Shown here: piece after piece, positions 16,668-26,561 of the stretch
Position numbering within the stretch: the stretch's first letter is position 1
Layout: each line of letters begins with the position of its first letter
Origin: Lachnospiraceae bacterium
GTDB taxonomy: Bacteria; Bacillota; Clostridia; Lachnospirales; Lachnospiraceae
Length of the DNA: 64,000 nucleotides
Reading direction: 5' to 3'
Assembly: GCA_045627745.1 (NCBI GenBank)
Contig: JAZQOI010000006.1
Location: 8,930-72,929, forward strand
Program-made: the position numbers and the translations under genes
Notes under the pieces: model-generated
Seen by the model: the letters and a program-made list of their open reading frames with translations, nothing else
Database searches by the model: none
What the model was told of the DNA's origin: nothing

Positions 16668-17837
16668 ATGGATAAGAGGATGAAGGATTTATCAATTTAT
16701 GTGCACATTCCTTTTTGTGTGCGCAAATGTAATTATTGTGATTTTGTATCGAAAAGTGCACCTGAGGAATATATGGATAAGTACGTTGAAGCATTGCTGA
16801 CGGAAATAGATAATGTTGAAGATAAGTATAGGATTGATTCCAATATGTACAATATATGTACCATATATATCGGAGGCGGTACACCAAGTATACTTAATGG
16901 TAATCATATAGAAGAAATCTTGAATAGAATCTATAACAGATTCAATATAGATAATTCCCTGCCGGGTAATATGGAGATTACTCTTGAGGCTAATCCCGGT
17001 ACGGTTGACAGAGAAAAGATAAAAAGCTATGTTGACACGGGAATTAACAGAATGAGCTTAGGTCTTCAATCGTCTATTGATAATGAGTTGAGGATGCTTG
17101 GGAGGATTCATTCCTATTCGGAATTTTTATCAGCATACGATTGTGTAAGAAATGGTGGAATAGAAAATGTTAATATTGATATTATGACGGCAATTCCACT
17201 TCAGACTGTAAGCAGTCTATTGACTACTCTTAACAGAGTGGTGAGCCTTAAACCGGAGCATATTTCCACATACAGTCTGATTCTTGAAGAGGGAACAAAG
17301 CTAAGCTCTATGTGTGAGCAGGGTGAGGTAATATTGCCCGGTGAAGAGCTTGAAAGAGAAATGTATTATGAAACGGTAAATTTCCTTAAAACCTTCGGGT
17401 ATGACAGGTATGAAATATCGAATTTTTCTAAACCTATGTATGAAAGCCGTCATAATTGCGGCTATTGGACGGGAAGAGAGTACATCGGATTTGGAGCCTC
17501 GGCATCCTCCTGCATAAACGATACGAGATTAAAAAACACTTCAAATATATCTGACTATATTGAGAATACATCTGCTCCTTACGTATTTGAAGAAAATTTA
17601 AGACTTAATAGTACCGATAAGGAAGAGGAGTTTATGTTTTTAGGACTAAGAATGATGAAGGGAATTGATAAAAAAGAATTTAATTATCGTTTTAAAAAGG
17701 ATTTTGATGATGTTTACGGTAGCGTTGCAGATAGACTTATAAAGGAAGAACTTTTAAAAATCAATGGCGAAACCATAAGTCTTACCGATAAGGGAATCGA
17801 TTATGGAAATTATGTATTTTCAAAATTTTTACATTGA
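16668..17837 (+). CDS. hemW: radical SAM heme chaperone HemW (HemN-like, oxygen-independent coproporphyrinogen oxidase family)
   Basis: 389 aa. YVHIPFCVRKCNYCDF (CxxxCxxC). The lepA-hemN/W synteny is as in Bacillus. Confidence 0.85.
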   Translation: MDKRMKDLSIYVHIPFCVRKCNYCDFVSKSAPEEYMDKYVEALLTEIDNVEDKYRIDSNMYNICTIYIGGGTPSILNGNHIEEILNRIYNRFNIDNSLPGNMEITLEANPGTVDREKIKSYVDTGINRMSLGLQSSIDNELRMLGRIHSYSEFLSAYDCVRNGGIENVNIDIMTAIPLQTVSSLLTTLNRVVSLKPEHISTYSLILEEGTKLSSMCEQGEVILPGEELEREMYYETVNFLKTFGYDRYEISNFSKPMYESRHNCGYWTGREYIGFGASASSCINDTRLKNTSNISDYIENTSAPYVFEENLRLNSTDKEEEFMFLGLRMMKGIDKKEFNYRFKKDFDDVYGSVADRLIKEELLKINGETISLTDKGIDYGNYVFSKFLH

Positions 17838-17876
17838 TTTACAATAATTGACAATTGTAGAATGTGTACAAAAAGG

Positions 17877-17905
17877 TTGTTATTTCTAAAGGATTTTTGT
17901 ATAAT
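17877..17905 (+). promoter_or_regulatory. sigmaA-type promoter (TTGTTA-N17-TATAAT) for the GGDEF/EAL gene
   Basis: TTGTTA at 17877-17882 and TATAAT at 17900-17905. Implies a leader of about 95 nt to ATG 18007. Confidence 0.4.
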
Positions 17906-18006
17906 TATTATTAGTGCTTATAAATACAATATCAATATAAATGTGTGTTTTTTGTACGAAAGTTTATCACATTTTCTGTTTCGGTAAGATGAAAAGAGGT
18001 TGCGAT

Positions 18007-21000
18007 ATGCATAAATTCAGTGAAGATTTATTCAGAGATGCCTTTGATTTAAATGATACTATTGTTTTCGAGTATGATACGAAGCATGACAGCATCAGTT
18101 TTTCTGAAAATATAGATAAATATATTCCGATTCCGTTGAATGTAAGCTCTTTTGTTCAAAATATGGAAATTCGAGGCAAGATTCACAATGATGATTTGAA
18201 AAAAGCTATTTCATTTTTTACTGTAATGCCTGAAGAGGATAAAGTAAAAATGGATTACGTTCGTTTTCTTGATTTTAACGGAGAGTATTTTTGGTATCAG
18301 TTAAAGGGACGGAAGAAGACACTTAAGGATTCCGACAGTCTGATTCTGTATGGAACTATGTCATATATTGATGATGAGAGAAAGCATCAGTCTGAACAGC
18401 TTGAACAAAACAAGGATCAGCTTACACATGTTCTTAATAAAGAAGCTTTTACACGGCTTGTTAATGAATATTTAGGAACGATTACTGAAACAACCATTCC
18501 TAATATAATGGTGATAGATGTAGATAATTTTGAAGATATTAAGAAGCTTAGCGACAAAGTCAATGCCGAGGGCGTTCTTGTTGAGCTTTCCAGAATTCTT
18601 CAGAGAACCTTTAGAGGCTCTGATATTATTGGGCGTATTGGTGAGGATCAGTTTGCCGTTGCCATGAAGGGAGTAAGAAATACCAATATTATTTTAGAGC
18701 GTGCTTCCTATGTGAGGAAGACTGTTAAGGAGGTATGGAAGGAGTTTAACGATATTGTTACAGTGTCGGTGGGAATTTCTGTTGTGACACAGGCACAGCC
18801 TTCAGTTGATATTCTTCTTGAAAGAGCCTATGTTGCTCTTGAGGATGCTAAAAAGTCAGGCAAGGATACCTGCGTAATATATAATGAAGACCTTGAAAAA
18901 ATGGATGATTCCGTTAATCCGCTTCTTACTACAAAGGAGATGGAGCTTGTAACATCTATTCTTGATCCTATGTGTAGCTGGGCCTATGCTGTAGATGACG
19001 ATTATCATATTTTATATAGAAACGAGATGCTTAATAGCAGACTCGGAAATGATGAAAACGGGTTCTGCTATGAGCGTAACAAAGGATATTCCGAGCCCTG
19101 CCCGGACTGCCCGATTGCCCAGGTTAAGGGACGCGTTTCTACCTATGATTCAGAGATTTATTCCACAACTCTTCAATCCAATGTTCCCAGTAGAACCACA
19201 CGTATCGGTCTTAGAAACGGAAGAAATATTTATCTTGTTGCATCTGTTAAGGAAAATGTGCAGAAACAGGAAGAAACCATTAATGCCAGTAAAGCAAGAA
19301 TCCAGGACGCCGTGATTTTTATGCAGGATATTATCTGGGATGTTGATGTTGCAAGAAACAGTTGTATTAGAATTAAAGAGGAAAATGTAAAGAGTGTCAT
19401 GGATAAGCGAATTAAGAACTATCAGATGCTCAGAGATTATTTCCTTGAAAATATAGTATGTGCAGAGGACAGGGGTGCCTTTATGGAGGCAACTGATCCT
19501 AAGTATTTAAAACAGGCACATCATCTTGGCAATTCCTTGATTTGTAAGGAAGTGCGTATGCTTAATAATGCAGGAGAATATGTATGGTACAATGTATATT
19601 CTGTAATTGATGAGAAGGAAGATGCCGTACATGTTATGATTATATGCCTTAATGTGGATGAATACGTTAAGCATAGACTTGAGGATATAGAAACCAAGGT
19701 TAAATATGGAATAATGAAGGAAAAGAGTGATGTCCTTAAGGAGATGGCTCTTAGTAATGAACGTCATGAAAATGTTAATGAAATGACGGGAATTCTGGTA
19801 TATGAATATATGGTTGCAGATGAAAAATATTATCTGTGCCCTATGTTTGAGGAAATCTTTAATATTGATAAAAATGTGCTTACAGACGAATGGTCATTAA
19901 TAAATATGTTAAGACCCTTTGAAGATGATAAGGAAACCTTCGCTGATTTTATTTCAGAGATTAAGAAGTCCGGATTTACACTTAAGACCACAGTAAGATT
20001 GTATAACAAGAATGATGTTCCGATATGGTATACCATTATTATTCAACCGCTTCATGGTCTTAATAATCAGACGGTTAGATACCTTGCTACCTTCCAGAAT
20101 GTTGATTCGGAAATGAAAATCAAAATGGAGATGGAATACAAGGCAGAATATGATTCACTTTCGGGTCTGTATAATTGTGAAACCTTCTATGAAAAGGCAG
20201 GCGAGATATTAAAGGCCAATGAAGCTGCCAATATGGCTATTATTTCTGTGGATATTGACAAGTTTAGACTGATTAATGACAGATACGGCATAGAAGCCGG
20301 TAACAACTGCCTGGCTGTTATGGGACGTCATCTTAAGGAGGTACTGCCTAAGGGCTGTATTGCCAATCGTTATCAAAGTGATATATTTAGTATCCTTCTT
20401 AAATATGATTCTGATCAGGATTTATTAAGGTTTATGAATAAACTGTCAGAAATAATGCGTGATGATGACACCCTGCCAACCACAGTGTCGTTAGTGTACG
20501 GAATATATAAGATAGTTGATGTAAATATACCTGTCCGACTTATGTGCGACAGAGCAAGAGCAGTGAAAAAGCAGGTTAAGGGTACTGCAATGACTAATTA
20601 TGCAGTATACGACGATATAATACGTCTTAAATTAAGAGAACAGGCTGAAATAGAAAGTGAAATGGAGCATGCTTTGCTTAATCGTGAGTTTGTAATGTAC
20701 CTTCAGCCACAGGTTAATATTAAAACAGGTAAGATTTCAGGCGCTGAGGCTTTGGTCAGATGGAAACATCCCACAAAAGGTGTTTTAGTACCGGCTCACT
20801 TCCTTCCACTTTTTGAAAACAATGGATTTATAACGCGTCTTGATATGTATATGTGGCGTGAAGCGGCAAAGTATCTTGCACAGCTACAAAAGTGTGGAAT
20901 AATGCTTCCTATATCGGTTAATGTGTCAAGGCTTCATGTCGGACAGACTGATATTGTGGGAATGCTTACTGATATCGCAAAGGAGTATGGAATTGAGAAT

Positions 21001-21405
21001 AAATATCTTGAAATAGAGATTACTGAGAATCTATTTATGGATGATATTTCTGAACTGTTTGATGAGATGGATGAACTCAAAAAACGCGGCTTTAAGATAC
21101 ATATGGATGACTTTGGCTCGGGCTATTCTTCTTTGAATATGTTGCGTAAGGCTCCCATAGATACACTTAAGATTGACAGATTTTTCCTTGATGAGATTAT
21201 GTCTACAGACAGGGGCAAAATCATAGTGGAATCATCGGTAAGGATGGCAAAGATGATTGGTCTTTCTGTTATTGCTGAGGGCGTGGAAACAAAGGAACAA
21301 CTGGACTTCCTTGCGTCTATTGATTGTGATATTGCTCAGGGATATTATTATTCCAAGCCTATTCCTGTTGAGGAATTTGAAGATTTTGTAAGAAAATATT
21401 CATAA
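18007..21405 (+). CDS. multidomain c-di-GMP signalling protein: PAS-like regions, two degenerate GGDEF domains, intact EAL phosphodiesterase domain
   Basis: ORF 17941-21405. ATG 18007 follows RBS AAAAGAGGT. GGDEF positions read GEDQF and QSDIF. EAL motifs are present: EALVRW, EIEITE, DDFGSGYSSL, KIDRFF, AEGVET, QGYYYSKP. Confidence 0.8.
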   Translation: MHKFSEDLFRDAFDLNDTIVFEYDTKHDSISFSENIDKYIPIPLNVSSFVQNMEIRGKIHNDDLKKAISFFTVMPEEDKVKMDYVRFLDFNGEYFWYQLKGRKKTLKDSDSLILYGTMSYIDDERKHQSEQLEQNKDQLTHVLNKEAFTRLVNEYLGTITETTIPNIMVIDVDNFEDIKKLSDKVNAEGVLVELSRILQRTFRGSDIIGRIGEDQFAVAMKGVRNTNIILERASYVRKTVKEVWKEFNDIVTVSVGISVVTQAQPSVDILLERAYVALEDAKKSGKDTCVIYNEDLEKMDDSVNPLLTTKEMELVTSILDPMCSWAYAVDDDYHILYRNEMLNSRLGNDENGFCYERNKGYSEPCPDCPIAQVKGRVSTYDSEIYSTTLQSNVPSRTTRIGLRNGRNIYLVASVKENVQKQEETINASKARIQDAVIFMQDIIWDVDVARNSCIRIKEENVKSVMDKRIKNYQMLRDYFLENIVCAEDRGAFMEATDPKYLKQAHHLGNSLICKEVRMLNNAGEYVWYNVYSVIDEKEDAVHVMIICLNVDEYVKHRLEDIETKVKYGIMKEKSDVLKEMALSNERHENVNEMTGILVYEYMVADEKYYLCPMFEEIFNIDKNVLTDEWSLINMLRPFEDDKETFADFISEIKKSGFTLKTTVRLYNKNDVPIWYTIIIQPLHGLNNQTVRYLATFQNVDSEMKIKMEMEYKAEYDSLSGLYNCETFYEKAGEILKANEAANMAIISVDIDKFRLINDRYGIEAGNNCLAVMGRHLKEVLPKGCIANRYQSDIFSILLKYDSDQDLLRFMNKLSEIMRDDDTLPTTVSLVYGIYKIVDVNIPVRLMCDRARAVKKQVKGTAMTNYAVYDDIIRLKLREQAEIESEMEHALLNREFVMYLQPQVNIKTGKISGAEALVRWKHPTKGVLVPAHFLPLFENNGFITRLDMYMWREAAKYLAQLQKCGIMLPISVNVSRLHVGQTDIVGMLTDIAKEYGIENKYLEIEITENLFMDDISELFDEMDELKKRGFKIHMDDFGSGYSSLNMLRKAPIDTLKIDRFFLDEIMSTDRGKIIVESSVRMAKMIGLSVIAEGVETKEQLDFLASIDCDIAQGYYYSKPIPVEEFEDFVRKYS

Positions 21406-21433
21406 TCATTATTCTATTGTTTTGTCAAAGATG

Positions 21434-21478
21434 TCCCCCTTTCTGTTAAGTAGGAAGGGGGATTGATTTTCTTTTTGA
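21434..21478 (+). terminator. rho-independent terminator after the GGDEF/EAL gene
   Basis: 10-bp stem TCCCCCTTTC/GGAAGGGGGA (21434-21443 / 21453-21462, one G:U), followed by ttgattttcttttt. Confidence 0.7.
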
Positions 21479-21503
21479 CTTTTTCTGTGAAATAGCCTAT
21501 TAT
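21475..21503 (+). promoter_or_regulatory. sigmaA-type promoter TTGACT-N17-TATTAT with no ORF behind it
   Basis: TTGACT at 21475-21480 and TATTAT at 21498-21503. The next element downstream is a pair of hairpins and a T-run, not a gene. Confidence 0.4.
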
Positions 21504-21509
21504 ATAGAT

Positions 21510-21566
21510 GCACATGATCTTTTGCCTTCGGGCAATCTTATGGGTAGCAATACCCATTCATTTTTT
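21510..21566 (+). ncRNA. candidate ~55-nt small RNA or leader/attenuator (UUCG hairpin + GCAA hairpin + U-tract)
   Basis: Hairpin 1 is TTGCC[TTCG]GGCAA (21522-21535). Hairpin 2 is ATGGGTA[GCAA]TACCCAT (21540-21557), followed by tcaTTTTTTatt. Lies 7 nt or more downstream of the -10 at 21498-21503. No family recognised. Confidence 0.3.
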
Positions 21567-21712
21567 ATTCCATAATATTACATTATAAATAGTGATGTAT
21601 TTTGCTGTATATCCTCTTAAGGCATGCTTATATTCCTGTTGCTTTCCAGTTAAATGGTAGTATCGGGTTGCTTGGAATACAGATAATACATTTATAGGAA
21701 ACGGAGGGAAAA

Positions 21713-23233
21713 TTGTTTAGTAGTGTAATTTCGTCAGGTATACGAGGAATTGACTGCTTTACTGTTATGGTGGAAGCGGACATTTCTGACGGTATGCCTA
21801 TGTTTGATTTGGTGGGCTATCTTTCAGGAGAAGTTCGAGAGGCAAGGGAGAGAGTCAGAACTGCAATGAAAAATGCCGGATATGATTTTCCGGTGAAAAG
21901 AATTACTGTAAATCTGTCGCCGGGTAACATAAGAAAACAGGGAACCGGATATGATTTGCCCATGGCAGTATCTATTCTTGCTGCTATGGGACATATAAAA
22001 AATGACGTACTTAAGGATGCACTTATTGTTGGTGAGCTTATGCTTAATGGAAATGTAGGGGGAATAGACGGAGTTCTTCCTATGGTAATTAAGGCAAGGG
22101 AAATCGGATTGAAGAAATGTATTGTTCCAAGGGATAATGAGGCAGAAGCCAGGCTGGTAGATGGAATAGAGGTTATTGGTGTGGATTCTATTCTGATGCT
22201 TATCAGATATTTGACTGATGGTGTAATAGAGTCGGATAATTCGGAAATAAATGACAATATAAAGCTATGTGAACCATGCAAAAGGGAACCTGATCTGAAA
22301 TATGTAAAGGGGCAGCTAATGGCAAGAAGAGGACTGGAAATTGCTGCGGCAGGTATGCATAATTTGTTGATGGTGGGGGCGCCAGGGGCCGGCAAATCAA
22401 TGCTTGCTAAATGTATTCCGACCATACTTCCGCCATTGTCTCCTGAGGAATCCTTAGAGGTATCTGCTGTGTATTCTGTAGCAGGCCTGTTAAAGGGAAG
22501 TAAAAGCCTTGTTACCAAAAGACCATTTGTTGCACCGCATCATACTGTTACGGATGTAGCAATGACAGGCGGTGGCTTTTATCCAAGACCCGGGAATATT
22601 TCACTGGCTCACAGAGGGGTGCTTTTTCTTGACGAAATGGCTGAATTTTCAAGATATACTTTGGAGGTGCTGCGGCAACCCTTAGAAGACAGGAAAATCA
22701 CCATTACAAGAAATTGCGGAATGTATGAATATCCTTCTGATTTTATGTTGGTAGGAGCTATGAATCCCTGCCCCTGTGGAGCGTATCCTGATTTGAGGAA
22801 ATGTACCTGTAGCGAAACGTCAAGAAAAAGATATATGGGTAAGCTGTCAAAACCCTTACTTGACAGAATGGATATATGTATTGAGGTTGAAAAAACTGAT
22901 TATAATATGCTTCTTTCAAAGGAATATGCTGAGTCGTCAAAGGCGGTAAGAGAGAGGGTTGAAAAGGCACAAAATCTTCAGAAAAACAGGTTCATTAATG
23001 ATGGAATTTTATTTAATTCCCAGATGAATTCTGAAGAAATTGAAAAATACTGTTCGTTAAGTGATGACATCAATGAATGGTTTATGAAGGCTTTGGTTAA
23101 ATTAGATGTGTCTGCCAGGTCGTATCATAAGATATTGCGAGTTGCCAGGACCATTGCGGACCTAGATTATTCTGCGAATATTGAGATTAAACATCTGGGA
23201 GAAGCAATAAAACTTAATAATTCAGTTATATAG
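21713..23233 (+). CDS. comM: YifB/ComM family Mg-chelatase-like AAA+ ATPase
   Basis: 506 aa. TTG start after RBS GGAGGGA. N-terminal Lon-protease-like region, Walker A GAPGAGKS, LFLDE Walker B, C-terminal HKILRVARTIADL. Confidence 0.85.
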   Translation: MFSSVISSGIRGIDCFTVMVEADISDGMPMFDLVGYLSGEVREARERVRTAMKNAGYDFPVKRITVNLSPGNIRKQGTGYDLPMAVSILAAMGHIKNDVLKDALIVGELMLNGNVGGIDGVLPMVIKAREIGLKKCIVPRDNEAEARLVDGIEVIGVDSILMLIRYLTDGVIESDNSEINDNIKLCEPCKREPDLKYVKGQLMARRGLEIAAAGMHNLLMVGAPGAGKSMLAKCIPTILPPLSPEESLEVSAVYSVAGLLKGSKSLVTKRPFVAPHHTVTDVAMTGGGFYPRPGNISLAHRGVLFLDEMAEFSRYTLEVLRQPLEDRKITITRNCGMYEYPSDFMLVGAMNPCPCGAYPDLRKCTCSETSRKRYMGKLSKPLLDRMDICIEVEKTDYNMLLSKEYAESSKAVRERVEKAQNLQKNRFINDGILFNSQMNSEEIEKYCSLSDDINEWFMKALVKLDVSARSYHKILRVARTIADLDYSANIEIKHLGEAIKLNNSVI

Positions 23234-23253
23234 TAGTGGGAAGAGGGTTTTAT

Positions 23254-24375
23254 ATGTTTGATGAAATTGAATATGATTACTGGTGGGCCAGTATGCAATG
23301 TAATTTTTGTAAACAGATTAAAAGGATAGCAGATATAGCCGGCTCCACAAAAGCATTGTATGAAATGCCTGAGGAAGAGCTTATTAATATAGAAGGAATT
23401 TCAACAGGCTATGCACAGGAAATTGTAAAAAGACGTCGAAATTGGGATGTTCATGAAGAGTATGAGAAATTTCTTGATATGGGTATAAGATTTATACCCT
23501 GGTACAGTGAAGAATATCCCAAAAGATTACTGAATATAAAGGGTTTCCCCTTTGGGATATTTGTTAAGGGGGAATTGCCCGGAGATGATGTTAAGACTGT
23601 GGGTATTATCGGTGCCAGAAACTGCTCACAATACGGAATTATGATGGCTGAACGTTTTGGCAGTGATTTGGCTCATTTTGGAGTAGAGGTGGTAAGCGGT
23701 ATGGCATATGGAATCGACGGAATAAGTCAGCAGGCTGCTCTTGATGGAAAGACCAAGACCTACGGTGTTCTTGGCTGTGGTGTTAATATATGTTATCCGC
23801 CTTCAAACAGACAGTTATATGAACGTATAATACAAAACGGAGGAGTGATTTCGGAATATGGAATATATACTCAGGCACAGGCCAGATTATTTCCGCCGAG
23901 GAACAGAATAATAAGTGCATTGTCAGATGTGCTGTTGGTTATAGAGGCCAGAGAAAAAAGCGGTACTATGATAACTGTTGATATGGCACTTGAACAGGGA
24001 AAGGATGTATGTGTTATTCCCGGAAGGGTAACAGACCCTTTAAGTACGGGATGTATAAAATTATGGAAACAGGGAGCTGTTCCTGTTACACAGGCAGAGG
24101 ATGTTATGTATATATTGGATAATGATTTTGACAATAAAAAGAAAAAGGTTAAAAAGAAAAGCATTAAAGTATCAGATATAGAAAAAAATATATTTGAACA
24201 GCTTGATGTGTATGCAAAAAGTATTGGGGAGATTTCAGATGGGGTAAAATTGCCCTTAAGTGATGTGTTGAATGGACTGTTGAATCTACAAATTATGGGA
24301 GTGGTAAAGGAAATAGGAACCGGTTATTATGTGATTTCCAAGGAGTGTGTTGCGGTATCTGAAAAGGGTGCGTAG
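23254..24375 (+). CDS. dprA: DNA-processing protein DprA (Smf)
   Basis: ORF 23236-24375. ATG 23254 follows GGGAAGAGGG. GIIGARNCSQYG...VSGMAYGIDG...RNRIISALS are Rossmann-like DprA motifs. Confidence 0.85.
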   Translation: MFDEIEYDYWWASMQCNFCKQIKRIADIAGSTKALYEMPEEELINIEGISTGYAQEIVKRRRNWDVHEEYEKFLDMGIRFIPWYSEEYPKRLLNIKGFPFGIFVKGELPGDDVKTVGIIGARNCSQYGIMMAERFGSDLAHFGVEVVSGMAYGIDGISQQAALDGKTKTYGVLGCGVNICYPPSNRQLYERIIQNGGVISEYGIYTQAQARLFPPRNRIISALSDVLLVIEAREKSGTMITVDMALEQGKDVCVIPGRVTDPLSTGCIKLWKQGAVPVTQAEDVMYILDNDFDNKKKKVKKKSIKVSDIEKNIFEQLDVYAKSIGEISDGVKLPLSDVLNGLLNLQIMGVVKEIGTGYYVISKECVAVSEKGA

Positions 24376-24485
24376 TTATTCTGAAGGAAATTAATATAAT
24401 ATTATATCTTGAAAATGAAAAAATAATATGTTAAGGTATGGCTTGTCTGTTTATGTATCGAATTTGAATTGAGGAAGGTATAATA

Positions 24486-26561
24486 ATGGGTAAGAAGCTT
24501 GTTATAGTCGAGTCACCGGCGAAGGTGAAAACAATCAAGAAATTTCTTGGTTCAGATTATGAAGTAATGGCAAGTAACGGTCATGTCAGAGATTTACCAA
24601 AAAGCACGTTAGGTGTTGATGTAGAGCATGACTATGAGCCTAAATATATTACAATTCGTGGTAAGGGAGAACTTGTAGCGGCGCTTCGTAAGGAAGTAAA
24701 AAAGGCTGACAAGGTGTATCTTGCAACTGACCCTGACCGTGAAGGAGAAGCTATTTCTTGGCATCTGTTTTTCTCGCTTAAGCTGGAGAATAAGAAGGTA
24801 TTTAGAATAACCTTTAATGAAATTACCAAAACTGCTGTTAAGGATTCTCTTAAGAATGCAAGAGAAATTGATATGAATCTTGTTAATGCTCAACAGGCAA
24901 GACGTATTCTTGACAGAATGGTGGGATATCAGATTTCGCCATTGCTGTGGGCAAAGGTAAAGCGCGGTTTGTCAGCAGGACGTGTTCAGTCTGTTGCTTT
25001 GAGAATTATCTGCGACAGAGAAGCAGAGATAGATGCTTTTATTCCTAAGGAATACTGGACACTGGATGTGGGATTTTCCGTTAAAGGTGAAAAGAAGAAG
25101 CTTTTTGCAAAGTACGTTGGTACAAAGGATGGAAAGCAGGAAATATCTTCAAAAGAAGAGGCTGATAGAATAATTAAAGAGATAGAAAATGGAAAATGTG
25201 AGGTGCTTGATGTTAAAAAGGGCGAACGTACAAAAAAAGCACCGTTTCCTTTTACAACCTCTACATTACAGCAGGAAGCCAGCAAGGTTCTTAATTTTTC
25301 GACTCAAAAGACAATGCGTATAGCTCAGCAGTTATATGAAGGAATAGATGTTGCCGGTATTGGAACAACCGGTATTATAACATATTTGAGAACTGATTCT
25401 ACACGTGTGTCTAATGAAGCTATGGATAGCGCAAAGAACTATATTTCAGAAAGATATGGTTCGGAATATGCTGAAGGTGTCACTGAAAACAAGAACAGTG
25501 GTAAGAAAATTCAGGATGCTCATGAGGCAATACGACCTACAGATATTACAAGAACTCCTGAATCTATAAAGGCTTCACTTTCAAGAGATCAATATCGTTT
25601 GTATTCTTTAATATGGAAGAGATTTGTTGCAAGCAGAATGAAGGCAGCATTATATGAAACCAATTCGGTTAAGATTGGCGTAAATGATTATCGCTTTAGT
25701 GTTTCTACATCGAAGCTTGTTTTTGACGGATTTACTGCTGTATATGTATTAGATGATGAGGAAAAAGAAACTTCAAATGTCACTCTTTCGGATATTTCCG
25801 GGGATTCTGTGCTTTCGGTTGCTGAATGGGTTCCAAAGCAGCATTTTACTCAGCCACCTGCACATTTTACCGAGGCATCACTTGTAAAGACTCTTGAAGA
25901 ACTGGGAATAGGAAGGCCCAGTACCTATGCGCCTACAATTACTACAATTCTTGCCAGACGTTACATTACCAAAGAAGGTAAGAATCTCTTTGTAACGGAG
26001 ATTGGTGAAGTGGTTAATCAGATTATGGTTGATGCATTCCCCAGTATTGTTGATAAGGAATTTACAGCTAATCTTGAACTTCTTCTTGATAATGTTGAAG
26101 AGGGCACCGTTGACTGGAAAACAATTATCAGAAATTTCTATCCGGATCTTGAGTCGGCTGTTGAGCTTGCACAGAAGGAACTTGCCGAGGTTAAAATCAT
26201 GGACGAGGAAACTGATGTGGTATGTGACCTCTGTGGTAAAAATATGGTTATTAAATACGGTCCTCATGGTAAATTTCTGGCGTGTCCGGGATTCCCTGAT
26301 TGCAGAAATACCAAGCCATATCTTGAAAAAATTGGCATAAGCTGTCCAAAGTGTGAAGGTGAAATAGTTATAAGAAAAACCAAAAAGGGAAGAAGATATT
26401 TTGGTTGTGAGAATGGACCTGAATGTGATTTCATGTCATGGCAGAGACCTGTTGATAAAAAATGTGGTAAATGCGGTGGCATGATGGTTGAAAAAGGCTC
26501 AAAGCTGTTGTGTATTAATTCAGAATGCTTAAATGTTGAGGATAAGCCTAAAAAGGAGTAG
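24486..26561 (+). CDS. topA: DNA topoisomerase I
   Basis: 691 aa. KLVIVESPAKVKTI Toprim start, DPDREGEAISWH, YLRTDS active-site Tyr region, C-terminal CxxC zinc ribbons. Confidence 0.95.
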   Translation: MGKKLVIVESPAKVKTIKKFLGSDYEVMASNGHVRDLPKSTLGVDVEHDYEPKYITIRGKGELVAALRKEVKKADKVYLATDPDREGEAISWHLFFSLKLENKKVFRITFNEITKTAVKDSLKNAREIDMNLVNAQQARRILDRMVGYQISPLLWAKVKRGLSAGRVQSVALRIICDREAEIDAFIPKEYWTLDVGFSVKGEKKKLFAKYVGTKDGKQEISSKEEADRIIKEIENGKCEVLDVKKGERTKKAPFPFTTSTLQQEASKVLNFSTQKTMRIAQQLYEGIDVAGIGTTGIITYLRTDSTRVSNEAMDSAKNYISERYGSEYAEGVTENKNSGKKIQDAHEAIRPTDITRTPESIKASLSRDQYRLYSLIWKRFVASRMKAALYETNSVKIGVNDYRFSVSTSKLVFDGFTAVYVLDDEEKETSNVTLSDISGDSVLSVAEWVPKQHFTQPPAHFTEASLVKTLEELGIGRPSTYAPTITTILARRYITKEGKNLFVTEIGEVVNQIMVDAFPSIVDKEFTANLELLLDNVEEGTVDWKTIIRNFYPDLESAVELAQKELAEVKIMDEETDVVCDLCGKNMVIKYGPHGKFLACPGFPDCRNTKPYLEKIGISCPKCEGEIVIRKTKKGRRYFGCENGPECDFMSWQRPVDKKCGKCGGMMVEKGSKLLCINSECLNVEDKPKKE

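Noticed and set aside
21817-22518. 233-aa minus-strand ORF antisense to comM/yifB
   Set aside because: It is a shadow frame of a strongly supported AAA+ gene. The product is Ser/Pro/Ile-rich with no recognisable domain.
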